Of a stretch of DNA of 64,000 bases, positions 1 through 13,952 are shown piece by piece. The stretch comes from Malacoraja senta. Lineage: Eukaryota. The notes beneath the pieces were generated by a model. That model saw only the letters and a program-made list of their open reading frames with translations. It did no database searches and was not told the origin of the DNA. The stretch spans positions 186,001-250,000 of the forward strand of contig JAXLNO010000438.1 of assembly GCA_038087875.1 (NCBI GenBank), written 5' to 3'. Each line of letters starts with the position of its first letter. Within the stretch, counting starts at the first letter, position 1. The translations under genes and the position numbers were made by a program.

Positions 1-90
1 ATAATTAAAAACTACATAAAAACGAGACAAAAATAATAAAAAGACAGACGGACTGCAGAGGCCGCTGCAAACGAAAGTCGCGACGCCCAC
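1..90 (-). mobile_element. 5' end of a GC-rich non-autonomous retroelement related to 2725-3327 and 39403-40301
   Basis: The reverse complement has ...gcctctgcagtccgtctgtctttttattattttt..., resembling gcctgcagctgtccgttttcatattttt at 2757-2790. Confidence 0.4.
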
Positions 91-410
91 TTATACCAAG
101 CCAATGTGTAAACCAGTTCCTTGCTTCTAAACATTATAACATCACTGGGAAGAGATCAGCATTTCGTGAAAAAATCTTGTTTTTGCCATGGCTTGTGCAA
201 TATTCATGATTTACCAAATTATCACATTTCAATGGGGAACAGTGACATGATTGAAAAAGACATGTCAGTTCCTGCTTGGTTTTTGACTGCAAATGATGCT
301 GCAAGAATTGAGAAATGTAATGTACAGACTCAAGCTAGTCTTGCATTGATCTGACAGGACATATCTTATTCGACCAGCAGACTCCAGAGACAGGATAAAA
401 TGCTTAAACT

Positions 411-620
411 GTCTCTGTGTGTGTCCGTGTGTGTGTGTGTGTCTCTGTGTGTGTGTGTGTCGCTGTGTGTGTGTGTGTGTCTGTGTGTGTGTGTGTCTGT
501 GTGTGTGTGTGTGTCTCTGTGTGTGTGTGTGTCTCTGTGTGTCTGTGTGTCTCTGTGTCTCTGTGTGTCTGTGTGTCTGTGTGTCTGTGTGTCTGTGTGT
601 CTGTGTGTCTGTGTGTGTGT
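411..620. repeat. Compound (TG)n/(TC) microsatellite
   Basis: Directly visible TG repeats interrupted by TC. Confidence 0.97.
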
Positions 621-1555
621 GAGTTACAGACAGGAACCAGAAAACGTGGTGAGATGGAAGGAATTTACAATCCTTCCTTAAACTATATGGGATAAATGGC
701 TCAAACAGCAGGGGAAAATATACCAGGACCCTCTTGTAGATAACTCATTATCTGATAGTTCATCCAAAGAATAACATAATGCTTTGTTTTTAAACACTGA
801 GATAACAATGTAAGACAGTAACAAAGGAATAGCAGAAAATCATCCTTACTGTTATCTTCCTCAAACTATTAAGAGCCATTTATTGAGAAAGGTTGTCTTT
901 TGCTTTAAAAAGATGTTGTTTTAAAAAGGCTTAACTTGACCCCACCTCTCACCATCACCTCCATCAGACTAAAAAAAGGGACCCAACACAACAGATGGAT
1001 CCATCCCTCCCACAGATACTGCCTGCCCCACTGAGTTCCTCCAGCATATTTCCAGCATCTGCAGTTTCTTCTGTCTCGATTAAACCTAGTAACACAGCTT
1101 TATTAACCCAATGTACTGCCTGAAACCAATGGGAATCAACAATACATTGAGACCTGTGACGCAAAGAGTGCCCCATGGCACCATTAACAAGCAAAACAAA
1201 ATGGACTTATCACACATATTTGGACATTTAACTAAAACCTATGTAAAAATACTAGGTTTTATGGAGCTTCCACAATAAGGAGGCACAGAGATAGTAGAGG
1301 GAATTCCACAGCATAGGGTCATCAATGGCAGAGCAATTTTGGGAATGTTTGTGAAATGAAAAGCAACTAAATGAGCGAGTATTATAGCTAATGTTGAATA
1401 GGATAATAGAATAGAGCATAAGCCATGAATGAATTGGGAACACAAATGGAACTTCTTACGAGCTCAGCACCTTTTAACTGTATGGGACAGCATGCTCAGG
1501 AGTAATAAGTGAAAGGGGTGGTGAAAGTTAGGAAAAAGGCAGAAAATTTGTGATG

Positions 1556-1790
1556 TCACAAAATGCTGGAGCAACTCAGCAGGACAGGTAGCATCTCTGG
1601 ATAGAAGGAATGGGTGATGTTTCGGGGAGAGAGCTTTCAGTCAAGGGAGCGGGAGACAGAGATAGGGAAGGGTAAGGTGTGAAACGAGAGATCAAAGGCG
1701 ACGAAGCTCAAGGAAAATGTGGAATAGATTATTGTTAGCTAGGGGAAGTTGACAACGAGGCATACAAAAATAAAGGTTTAATCAGGAGGA
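1556..1790 (-). mobile_element. Penelope pseudo-LTR/3' UTR fragment
   Basis: cacaaaatgctggagcaactcagcaggacagg... followed by a purine-rich tract that is the reverse complement of the sequence at 41110-41200. Confidence 0.65.
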
Positions 1791-2724
1791 CTTGTCAACC
1801 TGATTAATCCTTCTGATTGAACTTTTATCTATGTCTACAATGAAAGTCTTTGTCAAATCCCTTTCTAAAATGCATGTAGACCCTATCCTCATCAATCATC
1901 CCTTCATCACCTGCTCGAAAAAGCTCAAAATGTAGAAATTGAAGAAACAGCATCATAGACATCTGTTACAGTTGTATTTGTTTGTAGCTCCTTCCATCTA
2001 CATGGACCTACTGATTGGTGCAATGAAGAGGCAAAGAGGGAAGCCTCTTTCTGGCGACCACAAGCAACTCAATTCAGGAACTATAAAATATTTTGTTTGA
2101 TGCTGGTCCTCTGGTCACGAATTGAAACTCACCTGTAAATTGAGTTTTCTTGTCCATTACTTTTCCTTGTTTTAATTTCATGTCTTTTTAGCCAGAATTA
2201 AAAATAAAAATTATAATGTTGAAATACCTTTTTCCAGATTGATTAACTTTCAGAAATTCTGTCATATGCCTGTGACATTTCTTTTTATTTGCCCCTGTTC
2301 TCTTAAATTTCACTTGCACACAAATGTCCACATTGGCTACTTGTCTCCTCCTTCCATCTGCCCACAGCTACACTTTGATCCGTAACTAAAGTACAAAGTT
2401 TGACCCATTAGCACCTTTGGATGTGATAAAATAGAGGACGTAAATAGGGAAACTTATAGCAGTCTGTAGCAAAGTTCTGTTCCTGGAAGCTCACACAATG
2501 ATCCTGAACCATGGGTTACATAAACAAAATGTATGTTGCGCAATCTTCAGGTCAATGAATGCAAGTGACCCGACTGTACTGGAGCAATGAGTTACAGACC
2601 AGTGACCTCGGGTATCAAGGACGGCATTTACAACACTTTGTTTTTAATCCACATCATAGCTGCTATGCCAACAGAGTTCTAAAATTCTGAGGGTATATAA
2701 GGATAACTTTAATCACCGTTCCTA

Positions 2725-3327
2725 GGGGGTGCCGTCCTGTGTGGTATGGCTGCCCAGCCTGCAGCTGTCCGTTTTCATATTTTTTTTAATTTTTAGTTAG
2801 TTAGTTGTTTTGTTTTTTAGGAGTTCTATTCTTTTTTATGTGGCGTGTGGGGGGTGGGGGGGGGGGAAGGGGGAAACTACTTTCTAGGGTCCATACCTGG
2901 TCGGAGAGGCAGCCTTTCTCTGGGCTGCACTTTCGACCCGTCCTCGCGGCCTACCAGCGGGCCTGGAGCGGCGTTTCCTGAGGCGCTGGAGCGCTATCGC
3001 GGTAGGGAGACGGCCGTACCAGGTGTCCCAAGCTGCTGAGAGGGTTCTCCCGACGCCGGAGCACCATCACCTGGCGAAGAAGGGCCTGTAACATCGGCCC
3101 CCGTAGTGGCGACTGTGGAGGCCTATATAGGCCAGACTATGGGTGGACAAGGGGATTATGGACTGGGCTTTGTGCCTTCCCCCACAGTGGGATCCATTGT
3201 GGGGGGATGTTTTTATGTTTTATGTTAAATTTCTTTAATGTTGTGTCTATTTGTGCTGCATGGTAAGAACAAATTTCACTACACCATTTGGTGTATGTGA
3301 CAATAAATGTCCGTTGTCCTTTGTCCA
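2725..3327 (+). mobile_element. GC-rich non-autonomous retroelement with a Rex1/Babar-like 3' tail
   Basis: Colinear similarity to 39403-40301; ends aatttcac...ggtgtatgtgacaataaa followed by (tgtcctt)-like repeats. Confidence 0.7.
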
Positions 3328-3899
3328 ATACATTTTAATGGTAGCTGTAGAATGTTTTGTGATTGCAAAGTCTTCAACTTGAGGTGGTGCAAGATCCTGA
3401 CTGATGAAATCAGTTGTGGGAACATGCTTATCATTTCCACTGACAACTGACATAAGATAATATCTGGCGATACAATCACTAAGCAAAAGGTTTAACCATC
3501 AACTAATTTGCCAGATTCAATGTAAACATGGAGTTTGAAGTTCAACATGCAGTCTTGCACAAAAGGCTTAACCGTCCTGGTGGTCAGCATTGCTTCCTTG
3601 TTACATGGTCATCACTTGGAGAGACCTGGCTGCAGCATCTTCTCCCATCTCCAATTCATTCCAATTCTCAATGGAATTAGCCACTGTGTTCCCGTGTTAC
3701 TTAAGAACAACGCCACACACTGCCTACCCAATTCTCAATGGAAATTACATCGTCATGAGATCAAACTCAGCTGCTGTTTGTGTTTCTTGTAGCTACATTG
3801 AAGTTTCTGGAATGGCATGCTTGCAAAGAAGTAGCGTAGTTACAATTTATAGCACCATCTTAATGTGCATTTTCATACAACCAATCATCACGCTATGGA

Positions 3900-4137
3900 A
3901 CACTATAAACATCAACAGCATCGAACTACAAACTGACTCGATTTCACTAGGGACTTTAGGCTTTGTCTTGTTTTAACACTATATATATATTTTTTTAATT
4001 TATTGAACTGTATTTTCTTCTGTTCGTTCGTTATATTATCTGTTAAGAACTGTGTTTACAAACCTGTTGTACTACTGCTGCAAGTAAGAATTTCATTGTT
4101 CCATTCCAGTACATATGACAATAAAACACTTTTGATC
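3900..4137 (+). mobile_element. Old LINE 3' tail (Rex1/Babar-like)
   Basis: ctgctgcaagtaagaatttcattgttcc...catatgacaataaaacac; similar in reverse to 46854-46910. Confidence 0.55.
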
Positions 4138-5339
4138 TACCCTATATACATTTTGCAGCTTTTTTAATAATATGGATAAACTCAGTAAATATTAATACCA
4201 ATGCTCGCTAAACATGATGCGATAACTGATAAAGAATACACAACTAACAGAGGCTATATTTGCCCATTTCAATGCTACTTTCAATTTTACTTCACTTTTG
4301 TTAGAAAATGGGAAATATGAAGCCGAGATCCAGACATAATAAGCACAAGGGAATAACCACAGACTCTGCAAAATCAATGGTCAAACATTTGTACACATTT
4401 GTAATTTTGTATATAACAACCAATCAGATAACTAAAAGGACAATGAAAAACAGTATTAAGCTTTATATTTGCTGGTACTGTAAGCTATTCTATACATAAA
4501 GCATTGTTACTTTAACTGGAAAATTTACAATATTCAAATGAAAAAGTGCAGCTCTCAGCAGCAAGAATCTGTGACTATCCTGCTTCTTTCAGCGAGGTGC
4601 CCTTTCAAACTAAGGTCAGAACAAATCTTAGGGTCAGATATTTGGCTGGAACTGAAGGTCTAACAAAGCTCATGCATTCAGTCTGCTGAGCAATGGTGCT
4701 ATAGGAACTGCAAAATATCAACCATCCCCTCATTCTGATGGGCAAAGAAATCAAGACGAACTGCAGACTGAGAAAACTGAGATTACAATTCTAAAATAAT
4801 AAATCAAGATGGCAGAGAGCTGAAATTGGAAAAGAATAAAGTATTAAGTTGCTGGAAATAGGAGTTTGAAAGCTGAACTTTTAAATAAAAAAATATTACT
4901 GTGTCGTTCCCCTGGTTCTAATCAGTTCCAGTCCCCATCACATCACACATGCTGCCAAACCGCTGCTCAGATATCAACGGTCATATAATCAAATAGCTAG
5001 AGTTCCTCTTTATACATTTTGTCCAATATCATAGCAGACTTCGGTGCTCACTGGTCCTTCAACTACATAACTGTTGCACTGTCCATTTACCAACCACAAT
5101 TATATTTTATGTAATGTGGGGAAATGGCATCTTAGATTATATATTTTTTAAATTAGTTGAATCTGAAAGAAACTGCTTTCCAAGATGTTGTTTATATCAC
5201 TAATAATGATGATATTTTTACTGAACTCAACAATCAACCAATTTAGGTAAATTATTGTGTGCTGGATTATAAATCCCACCTGGTCACCAAACTTTGCTGA
5301 ATTGACTTTGTCACCATGTTCCCACCCACAGGCTATACT

Positions 5340-5643
5340 GTTTAGTTTAGAGATACAGCGCTGAAACTGGCCCTTCGGCCCACCTAGTCCATGCCAACCA
5401 GCGATCCCCATAGACTAGCACTACCCTACACACTAGGAACAATTCACAATTTTACGAAAGCCAATTAACCTACAAACCTGTACGTCTTTGGACTGTGGGA
5501 GGAAACTGGAGCACCCGGGGAAAACCCACGTGATCACTGAAAGAATGTACAAACTCTTTACAGACAGCACCCGTATTCAGGATTGAACCAGACTCTCTGA
5601 TGCTCTAAGGCAGCAACTCTACCGCTGCGCCACCATGCTGCCC
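5340..5643 (-). mobile_element. HE1-type tRNA-derived V-SINE
   Basis: tRNA-like head (tggcgcagcggtagagttgctgcc), central ggtttcctcccac...ccaaagacgt block and (ctaaa)n tail on the minus strand. Confidence 0.9.
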
Positions 5644-6355
5644 TATCTATTGTTAACCAAATGAAAACAAAAGCTTTTTTTCCAGCTTTAAGCTAACCTA
5701 TTCCAGCAATGGGAAATGCTGACCAAATTTGCCTGAGGTGCCTCTTTATGCTGCTTATAGAGTTAGTCTAACACTTTTTTATATGAATGCAAAATTTAGT
5801 ATTTATCACAAATTGTGCTTCTGAAACACATGTACCATCTTCCGCCCCCTGGCTTGTATTAGTGACGACTCATCTGTGTACGCACAAACAATGCAAGTAC
5901 TCTATGCATCCAGGATATACAAGCTATTTATGAGCACATTAATTAAACTATTTATGAGCACATCCAGTCATACGCAACTTTGTAATCACTGGATTTTGAA
6001 TGGGAACAATGGCTAAAAACATCTCTTCCACTCCCACTGCAACACATCAAGCAGAGCTAAAAGTGTGCTTTTCCAATCTGCAATATTGCTGTTTTATGTG
6101 GATCACACATCCAGTACATTTAACCCCAGAAGCATTATCTGAAAGAGCAAAGTCTTGTTTTCAGACATGCAATCATAGCACTGATGCCTTAAAGATAATT
6201 GTAACATTTTACAACCAAAATCCATTGTGCACTTGTGCATTATATTCTGACTATTGCAGATGGACATCTGGCAGTACCACCTTTAAGGCCTAAAGAACAG
6301 AACTTATGGGAGAAAGATGATAGGGGGGAGAAAATAGACAGCAGTGTTACTTTAC

Positions 6356-6431
6356 CTGGCAGGAAAGGAATATAACGCTGCTTGGGATCCTTCTGGCCTC
6401 CCTCCACTGGGAACGTATCCAACAGCTGCAT
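6356..6431 (-). CDS. SH3PXD2A: Internal coding exon of an SH3 and PX domain-containing protein 2 (Tks5/Tks4) gene, PX domain; equivalent to human exon 3
   Basis: Minus strand reads ...tgtgttgtgcag|ATGCAGCTGTTGGATACG...TTCCTGCCAG|gtaaag with canonical AG/GT sites; 76 bp, phase 0 to 1. Translation [25 protein letters not shown](G) matches the recalled human SH3PXD2A PX segment [26 protein letters not shown]. The A versus B paralogue call rests mainly on QLL versus QML, so SH3PXD2B is not excluded. Confidence 0.88.
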
Positions 6432-7204
6432 CTGCACAACACAATATGCAGAATGAGAAAAAGTACATGCAAAAAGAAAATGGTAAATCTATTTACTTAA
6501 AAACAAATTAAGACAGGAAGCTTTATGTGAATAAAACATTACTTAGTGTGAAATGCAATTTGACCAGATATGCTGTTTAACTCATTTGCTATGTTCAAAC
6601 AAGACCTTCCAATAGATCTCATGATTAATATATTTCCCTTACTGCCTACAGCAGAAATATTTTTCACACTATTACCACATCAATTCATCATTCAACCATG
6701 AACCAGGTACAGATTTGTTTCAATGTAAACTGATTATTTTTGTATCTTCTTTTATAATCAAGACATCCTAGATTTGACAACACATAAGAGAGACATTTTA
6801 GGATTTTTGTTTTAACCTTAGTTAAGTGTTTGTTCAGCTCAACTTTAGGCAAAGTTATTGAAGCAATATTTCACTCAAAATTATAATAATCGCAAAGATC
6901 ACAAAGGAGTACACTGACAGAATATTTATTCCAAACGTGGTGGAAACTGGTAAAAAAAAAAGTAGGTATTAAAATCATGCACAAGTATTTGCTTCTTAAA
7001 ATCTTTCTTGCAATTCTTAAAAGCATAAACAGAAAAATGTAGGAAATACCCAAAAAGTCAGCCAATATCAATAAAGGCAGAAACATAATGTTACTGATGA
7101 CTTTTCATCAGAATAAAGTTAGAAATTAAACACGTTTTATGTTGCACAAGAGGTAGGTGGGAAGTGTAAAAAATAAAAAGAAAGCTTGTACTCAGGAGGA
7201 GATA

Positions 7205-7460
7205 AGAGATAGAGAGAGAGAGAGAGAGAGACACACAAAAAGCTGGAGTAACTCAGCGGGCCAGATGGCATCTCTGGAGAAAAGGAATAGGTGACGTTTC
7301 GGATCAAGACCCTTCTTCAGAGTCTAAGTCTGAAGAAGGGTCTCGACCCAAAATGTCACCTATCCCTTTTCTCCAGACATGCTGTCTGACCCGCTGAGTT
7401 ACTCCAACTTTTTGTGTCTATCTTCGGTTTAAACCAGCATCTGCAGTTCCTTCCTAAACA
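7205..7460. mobile_element. (GA)n tract plus inverted pair of Penelope pseudo-LTR cassettes
   Basis: Arms at about 7232-7322 and 7329-7418 are imperfect reverse complements; each has a ctgaagaaggg...gaaac/aaaat core. Confidence 0.85.
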
Positions 7461-8842
7461 GGAGATTTGAGAGAACAGATTACATAAGTGACAGAGGTGG
7501 TGGCTACATTGACAAAGGTTTATTGATCATATTTGAGATTAATGAAAACAGAGAAATGAAAGCAAAAGGAAAAGAAAACTAACACATATAAAGCATAGGA
7601 GAAGCAAAACACTGCAGATGCTGAAATATCTGGACAAAAAAGTGCTACACATACTCAACACATCAGGCAGTAGATATAATGGAAGAAATAATTACCATTC
7701 AGAATAAGTAAATTTAGCAAGCAAACACACTTTAAATTATAGGAAGGAAGAGAAATGAAACGAACAAAGAATGTGTGTGATGAGCTTGAGACTAAGAGAC
7801 TGAATGCTCAAGTGGTTCTGGTGACTCGGGGTCATAAATTGCAACTGAACTGTCTGAAGGAAGTGTGCAAAGGGAATAAGAAAGAGAGAAAGAAAAGAAA
7901 GCACCAGAACTACGTGAGGCAAAATAAAACAGAGCCAGGGTTTATAGAGAACAATTACTGGTTAATGACAATATAGGTTAATGACTTTTCATCAGAACTG
8001 GCCAATTCTCATAAAAGTGGAAAGGCTGGTTATGCATGGCTGTTGAATTCTATGTCCAGTCCTAAGGGTTGCAATGAGCCTGGTCAGAAGGAGTAACAGG
8101 TCTCCAAGTTTGCACTGCACTCAGCTGAACCAGCTGTTTAATTTAGCTCAACTTTTTGTTTCCCGTTCAGATGCAGTTCTAGCACCTCCTGCTCATCCCC
8201 ATCATGGCCTCACCACGACAGATTTACTCAGTTATTCCCCACAAATTGTCCTGAGACTAGTTCATAGTTTATTCAGAAATCAGCAATAAAAGGTGCACAT
8301 TATATCCTATACATTTGAATGCAGACTCACCGTTGCATTGATTTCAATATAAACTGATTCTTCATATACGGAGTCTGGATAAAATTTTAACAGTATGGGC
8401 AGCAAGGGTAAAGCATTTTATTCCTCCAGATTTCACCGAAACATGGATGAAAGCAAAAGTGCTGACATTAAAAGACAAGTTCCAAACACCTTTCTTGCAC
8501 CTTGACATGCAAATATGCTGCTCTGGGGTTAATCTGGCCTTCTGCAACCTCTGACGCAGTCAAATTGTTACCCTTTGATTTACCCAAGTACCAGTGGGTC
8601 ATCTCAAGGCAGATGGCTAGATGTTTGCCCAATGCCCAGGAATAACGCCAATTATACCTGGCAGAAAGACTTGTGGACAGTTGATCCCAATTCCACTGGC
8701 TTCCTCTCCCATCTATTAAAATTTCACTCTCAAGGAGAATACAAAAATAAGAAAGAAGGAAATGGGGGGTAAAAATACAGGAAGAAACAAAATGAAAGGA
8801 AAAATATTCATAGAAATTGATAAGCAGAAGTGAAATTATGAA

Positions 8843-8973
8843 GATAGACACAAAATGCTGGAGTAACTCAATGGTCAGGCAGCATCCCTGGAGAAAAGGA
8901 ATAGGTGACTTTCAGATCAGAACCCTTCTTCAGACAGTCCGAATCAGTATCTACAGTTCCTTCCTACACAGCA
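8843..8973 (-). mobile_element. Penelope pseudo-LTR cassette with 10-bp TSD
   Basis: Family sequence flanked by aaattatgaa at 8833-8842 and 8974-8983. Confidence 0.75.
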
Positions 8974-10392
8974 AAATTATGAAAATCTTTTAGTGCTGGA
9001 ATGTTTAATATCACTTGGTTTTGCTTTCCATTTCTTTTTAGTTGATTATCCTGTATTTTCTCCCACTTCATTTATCGGTGCCATTCAAAGGAATATTAAC
9101 TTCACCATACTCAGATCGTGACCTCCTGTTTAAAAAAAATTATCTTAATTTCCCAATGTAGTGCCTTTCCAACACCAGGGTATGTGTAATTCCAATGTAT
9201 TTATAGATTATCATTTGAATGGAACATTTCTAACAGGATTAGTGCATGTTAGTAATGGTGAGGGATATGTAAATTAAGCAATATTAGTTTAGTATCAAAT
9301 ATAACATACTATTTTCAACAAGAAGCTTTAAAGAGCAGCCTAAAATCTGACAGAAATTATGCAAGAGATCCCATGCCACCCAGCACTTGGAACAAAATGT
9401 AACAGGGTGGTTTGGAATCTACGATGATCGTTGCTGAAATGACAGAATCCAGACACCAAGCTTGTTCAACCATCTTAAGATCTGTATGCATGCCACACAG
9501 GATAGGAGTAACAAAAAGTCATCTTCATCTGGTGAAAGGACAATCTCATAACTGTCCACAAAAGGAGCAACAAAAGCTGTCTTCATTTGGAAAAGGAACA
9601 ATTTAATCGTTGTCCGCAATAGCTCCAAAAATATGCCACTGTATCCTTCTGATGTTAAATGAATCATTAGAACTGAATGCTTCTCCTAACATTATAACTC
9701 TTAGTCTCCACTGAAACAAGAGGATATTTGTATGGATCCAGTATTCCGTTGCAAGGGCACACAATTAATACATCCACTTCCAAAATGCCTGCAGCAACAA
9801 AATAACAAGAGGCCAGCACTAAAAAACCTGTTCCAAATAAAATAAGAGGATCTGCTCGAAATACTGGTGGTGTTTCTAATTAGCAGATGCACGGACATGT
9901 GTCTATTGTCGACTGACAATTCAGAGCTGTGCTCTACAGCTGAACCATGGCTCAAAGTGAAGACGTTCACAAATTTATTCTCCAAGCACAGGTTTCGAAA
10001 ATTTGTAAAGAGTTAAACATTATGATCAACACAACTCCAACATGCTTGACAGAGCAATCACATACATAAGCTTTAAAATAGCATGCAATGCTTTATTGGT
10101 AAAATAAAAACTGCTAAAGTTATCTTCTGTTTACAACTCTGTCCAAATGCAACTACTGCCCACAGCTACTCGAAATAAACTCTGACCCAGTCGTGTGTTC
10201 ATGTACTAGGAATCCACGGGTTATGAACAGATTTTTACGAGGTTCAAAAGCAGGCCCCAGTCTTGCCTGAATTGTTCAGCATTATATGAGAAAAATCAGT
10301 ACTTGGACACGACACAGATCTGACAACCTATCGATTGCAGGGGTGGATTCTCAGACTGGGGAAAATACGATCTTATAGGAAGTGCACACTAA

Positions 10393-10518
10393 TAGGAAGG
10401 AACTGCAGACACTGGCTTACACCAAAGATAGACACAAAATGCTGGAGCAACTCAGCAGAACAAGCAGCATCTCTGGAGAGAAAGAATGAGTGGCGTTTTG
10501 GGACAAGACCCTTCTTCA
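10393..10518 (-). mobile_element. Penelope pseudo-LTR cassette
   Basis: aggaaggaactgcag...gacacaaaatgctggag...gacccttcttca. Confidence 0.8.
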
Positions 10519-11403
10519 CACCTAATTATTATTTTGGTTTAATGTTTATCATTACTTCAAATGGCTTTTAAATTATCTTGTGATTAAATTAAAAACTTTT
10601 TAAAAATATCTTGAAAATCTTTAGATTGAGGAAATATATATTTTAAAAATTTTGAATGCATCGAGAGCTTTGACAGAAGCTGGAGTTTTCCTTCTTCATT
10701 CCCGCCATAAGGCTGACAGAGATGTTTGGGGCGGACCTCTGCACTGCACCGTATCAGCTCCAGCTGGCTTTCATCCGTGCTACTGGGCTCAAGGAGGGGA
10801 AGAGAAAGCGTTGGGAGAGATGATCGCACCATCTAGAGTGCACCAGGCGCAAGTATGTGGGAGAGCAGCCTGTGAGTCTGTCCAGTGGATACAGTGGAGC
10901 ACAATTAAGCCCAATGAATCCATCAATTGAAACAAAGTTGACAACACTGGGTTCATTAAAAAAAAAATTCAATTTAAGGTGCATCTAACCACAAAGTGCA
11001 GAGCAATAAAATTAAATTCAAAATTGTCAGATAAAGTAATCATTGTTGCTTCTATGATAATGTCTATTTCTTTTGAGATTAACATACCTGCCAAATCTAA
11101 TGACTATTCCTTATTGATTTTCATTCAAATTGTGTAGGCCTTGCCTGAAGGTAAAACTCTCACTGCTGCCTGCCTTGCTCCAGGATCCTAATATTCTGGC
11201 ATCCTTCTCTGAATCGAGGCTAGTGAGTGAAAACCAGACTTGCCCAGGTCCAAACTGCCAGCATCTAAATCTACATCAAAGTCCAGCTGCTGGGCAGATC
11301 TATTGACAGGTTAACAAGGACAAAGGTGAGTCCCGAATGTGACCTGATGGACTTTGATACATCAGAACCTGTGAAAGCTGAGGCAGATATACACAATCTA
11401 GGT

Positions 11404-11529
11404 CTGAAGAAGTCTCGACCTGAAACGTCACCTATTATTTTTCTCCAGAGATCCTGCCTGACCCACTGAGTTACTCCAGCATTTTGTGTCTATCTTCAGT
11501 GTAAACCAGCACCTGCAGTTCCTTCTGAG
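11404..11529 (+). mobile_element. Penelope pseudo-LTR cassette with 11-bp TSD
   Basis: Begins at ctgaaga; acaatctaggt at 11393-11403 and 11530-11540. Confidence 0.85.
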
Positions 11530-11552
11530 ACAATCTAGGTGCTGACTAAAGG

Positions 11553-11752
11553 NNNNNNNNNNNNNNNNNNNNNNNNNNNNNNNNNNNNNNNNNNNNNNNN
11601 NNNNNNNNNNNNNNNNNNNNNNNNNNNNNNNNNNNNNNNNNNNNNNNNNNNNNNNNNNNNNNNNNNNNNNNNNNNNNNNNNNNNNNNNNNNNNNNNNNNN
11701 NNNNNNNNNNNNNNNNNNNNNNNNNNNNNNNNNNNNNNNNNNNNNNNNNNNN
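11553..11752. other. Assembly gap (200 N)
   Basis: Run of N. Confidence 1.
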
Positions 11753-11974
11753 CTCACTGTGTGTGAAGACTGGCAACCCAAGGCCACTATTTCCGGGCAA
11801 AACATCTGAGCATAATTGCTCAAAACCATTTGGTATTAGGTTGCACAATTTTGATTGCAATGATACAATATTTTCAATGCAAGTGCATACTAGGTACTAA
11901 GCTCTGATTTTGAGTTGTGTCAGTTTTCTAATGCAATTGGTTAGTACCTGTGATACTTGCTATATTGCCTCTAT

Positions 11975-12201
11975 TTTTTCACTCAAACACGGGTGGGTAT
12001 ATGAAACGAGCTGGTAGAGGAGGTAGTTGAGGCAGATGCTATAACAGCTTTTGAGAGACCCATGGACATGTACATGAAAAGGATCATTTTAGAGGGATGT
12101 GGGCCAAATGCAAGGAAATGGGACTAGTTTAGAGGAGGTAACTTGGTAGACATGGACGTTGGACTGAAGGGCCTGTTTCTTTGCTGTAAGGCTTGATGAC
12201 T
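11975..12201 (+). mobile_element. CR1 LINE 3' fragment
   Basis: ttttcactca...gagctg..agaggaggtagttgaggcag...gaagggcctgtttc; similar to 27660-27980. Confidence 0.75.
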
Positions 12202-12217
12202 CTTTATTCTAATTTGT

Positions 12218-12346
12218 GTAGGAAGGAACTGCAGATGCTGGTTTAAACTGAAGTTAGACACAAAAAGCTGGAGTAACTCAGTCTGAAGAAGGGTCTCGAC
12301 CCAAAACGTGACCCATTCCTTCTCTCCAGAGATGCTGCCTGTCCCG
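12218..12346. mobile_element. Rearranged (inverted-junction) Penelope pseudo-LTR cassette with 16-bp TSD
   Basis: ctttattctaatttgt at 12202-12217 and 12347-12362. Confidence 0.85.
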
Positions 12347-13289
12347 CTTTATTCTAATTTGTTGATGCAAGTTGAGTACAAGTATATAAAGTTCAACAGC
12401 AATTCACACCGTACCTAAAGAACGTGCACTAGCAGAAGATAGGTTATCCACAAAGAATATTTTATTTTAAGTTAAATAAATACAAAAGGACTCTCTGAAC
12501 TCTTCCCTTTAAACTTCACATTTGGTATCAAATGTCACAACCGATAAAAAGGTGCTACATACCATAAAACAAGTACATGCGTCATCAAAAATCGGAAGGC
12601 TCTTATCTTCCTTCATGACAAAAAGGTATGAGTTGTAGCATGCATATGATGAATACCTTGCCATTTCCACATGTTAATGCTGCACAATACAATCTCAATG
12701 CTTCCAGCAAAAACTAATGTACTTCTTTTGGAAGTACATTATGCCGAGTACACTATAAATGAGAAGAGTAAATTAAAATGATCTTAAGGGACATTGGTTT
12801 GTACTTGCATCGTTATCACACATCTAATGTGCCATTTTCTTTTAATTATTTCTAACATGCAGGCATTGTCGGCAAAACATTTATTGCCCATGATTACTTA
12901 CTTTGAGAAAATTGTGATGAATCTATAATTTGAAACATTACATGTCTTATTCACATAACTAAATGGTTTTCTAATACCAAATAAATACACTTCTAAAAGA
13001 AAATCAATACAAGCTTTGGATTGCTTTTAGTGAGATGGAACCCTATGTTAAAACTGTTTTGAACCAAATAATGTCCTTTAAAATCATAGCATATTTACAG
13101 TCAAACTGATATGGGAAATTAGAAAATAAAATGCTATTAATATATTAAAAAGTTAGTGCATTGGAAAACACCTGGTATGGACAGGTAAATGTTGGGAAGC
13201 TGTTCCCACCAACAGACAATCCATGCACCAGGGTACTAAGGGAGGTTAAGATGTGTAAGCCAGTCAGTAAGGGTAGTAGGAAAATAATT

Positions 13290-13812
13290 AATCAGTGAAG
13301 GGGAGTTGGTGGGGTGGGGGGGTGGGGGGTGAGATCAGCCGAGGGTTGGACATAGGCCAGCGATGAAATGACAAGAAATGGTCAGATAAGGAGAGAAGAG
13401 GCATGAAATCTGAAGCCAGAAGAAGGAACATAGGGATGGGAGGGAGGGAAAAGGGAGAAATGGTGCACACCCAGGTGGGGCACATGGGAGAGATGGGAGA
13501 AAAAAGGGGGAAGGGGTGTTGCCTGGAGGTTAGTCACCTGAAATTTGATTGAGAATTCAATCAAACCCTGCCCCCCCCCCACCCCCCCCCCCCCCCACCC
13601 CCCGCCAGTATCCACCTAACACTTGCCAGGTGTTGTCCTGCCCCAAACCCCTCTTCCAGTTTTTTTCCTCCCTGTACTAGAATCAGTCTGAAGAAGGGTC
13701 CCGACCCGAAATGTCATCTGTTCATGTTCTCCCAGAAATACTGCCCGCTGAGTTACTCCAGCACCTTGTGTGTTTTTTTTTTCAAAACTAGTATCTGCAA
13801 TTCATTGTGTAT
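13290..13812. mobile_element. Penelope 3' UTR/pseudo-LTR remnants in inverted arrangement
   Basis: Purine-rich minus-strand tract ending ...gagaattcaat, then C-tracts and a plus-strand cassette cagtctgaagaagggtcccgacccgaaatgtc at 13684-13715. Confidence 0.65.
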
Positions 13813-13952
13813 AAACAATTGGGCCGTCATGTTTATCTCAAGTGTTTGAATCATTGGCCCCTGTAAATCGCACTGCTGCAAAGGGAATTATAGCATCTGG
13901 GAGGAGTTGATGGGAATGTTGACAAGAATATAATGGCATTAGTGTAGGCTCA

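Noticed and set aside
400..695. Cys/Val-rich ORFs
   Set aside because: They are translations of the (TG)n microsatellite.
5923..5963. Short tandem duplication ctatt(t)tatgagcacat
   Set aside because: Ordinary local slippage duplication with no further structure.
6240..6437. 65-aa stand-alone ORF
   Set aside because: Only 6356-6431 is coding; the rest is read-through past the splice sites.
11428..11860. ORFs spanning the N run (likewise 40784-41143)
   Set aside because: Artefacts of assembly gaps.
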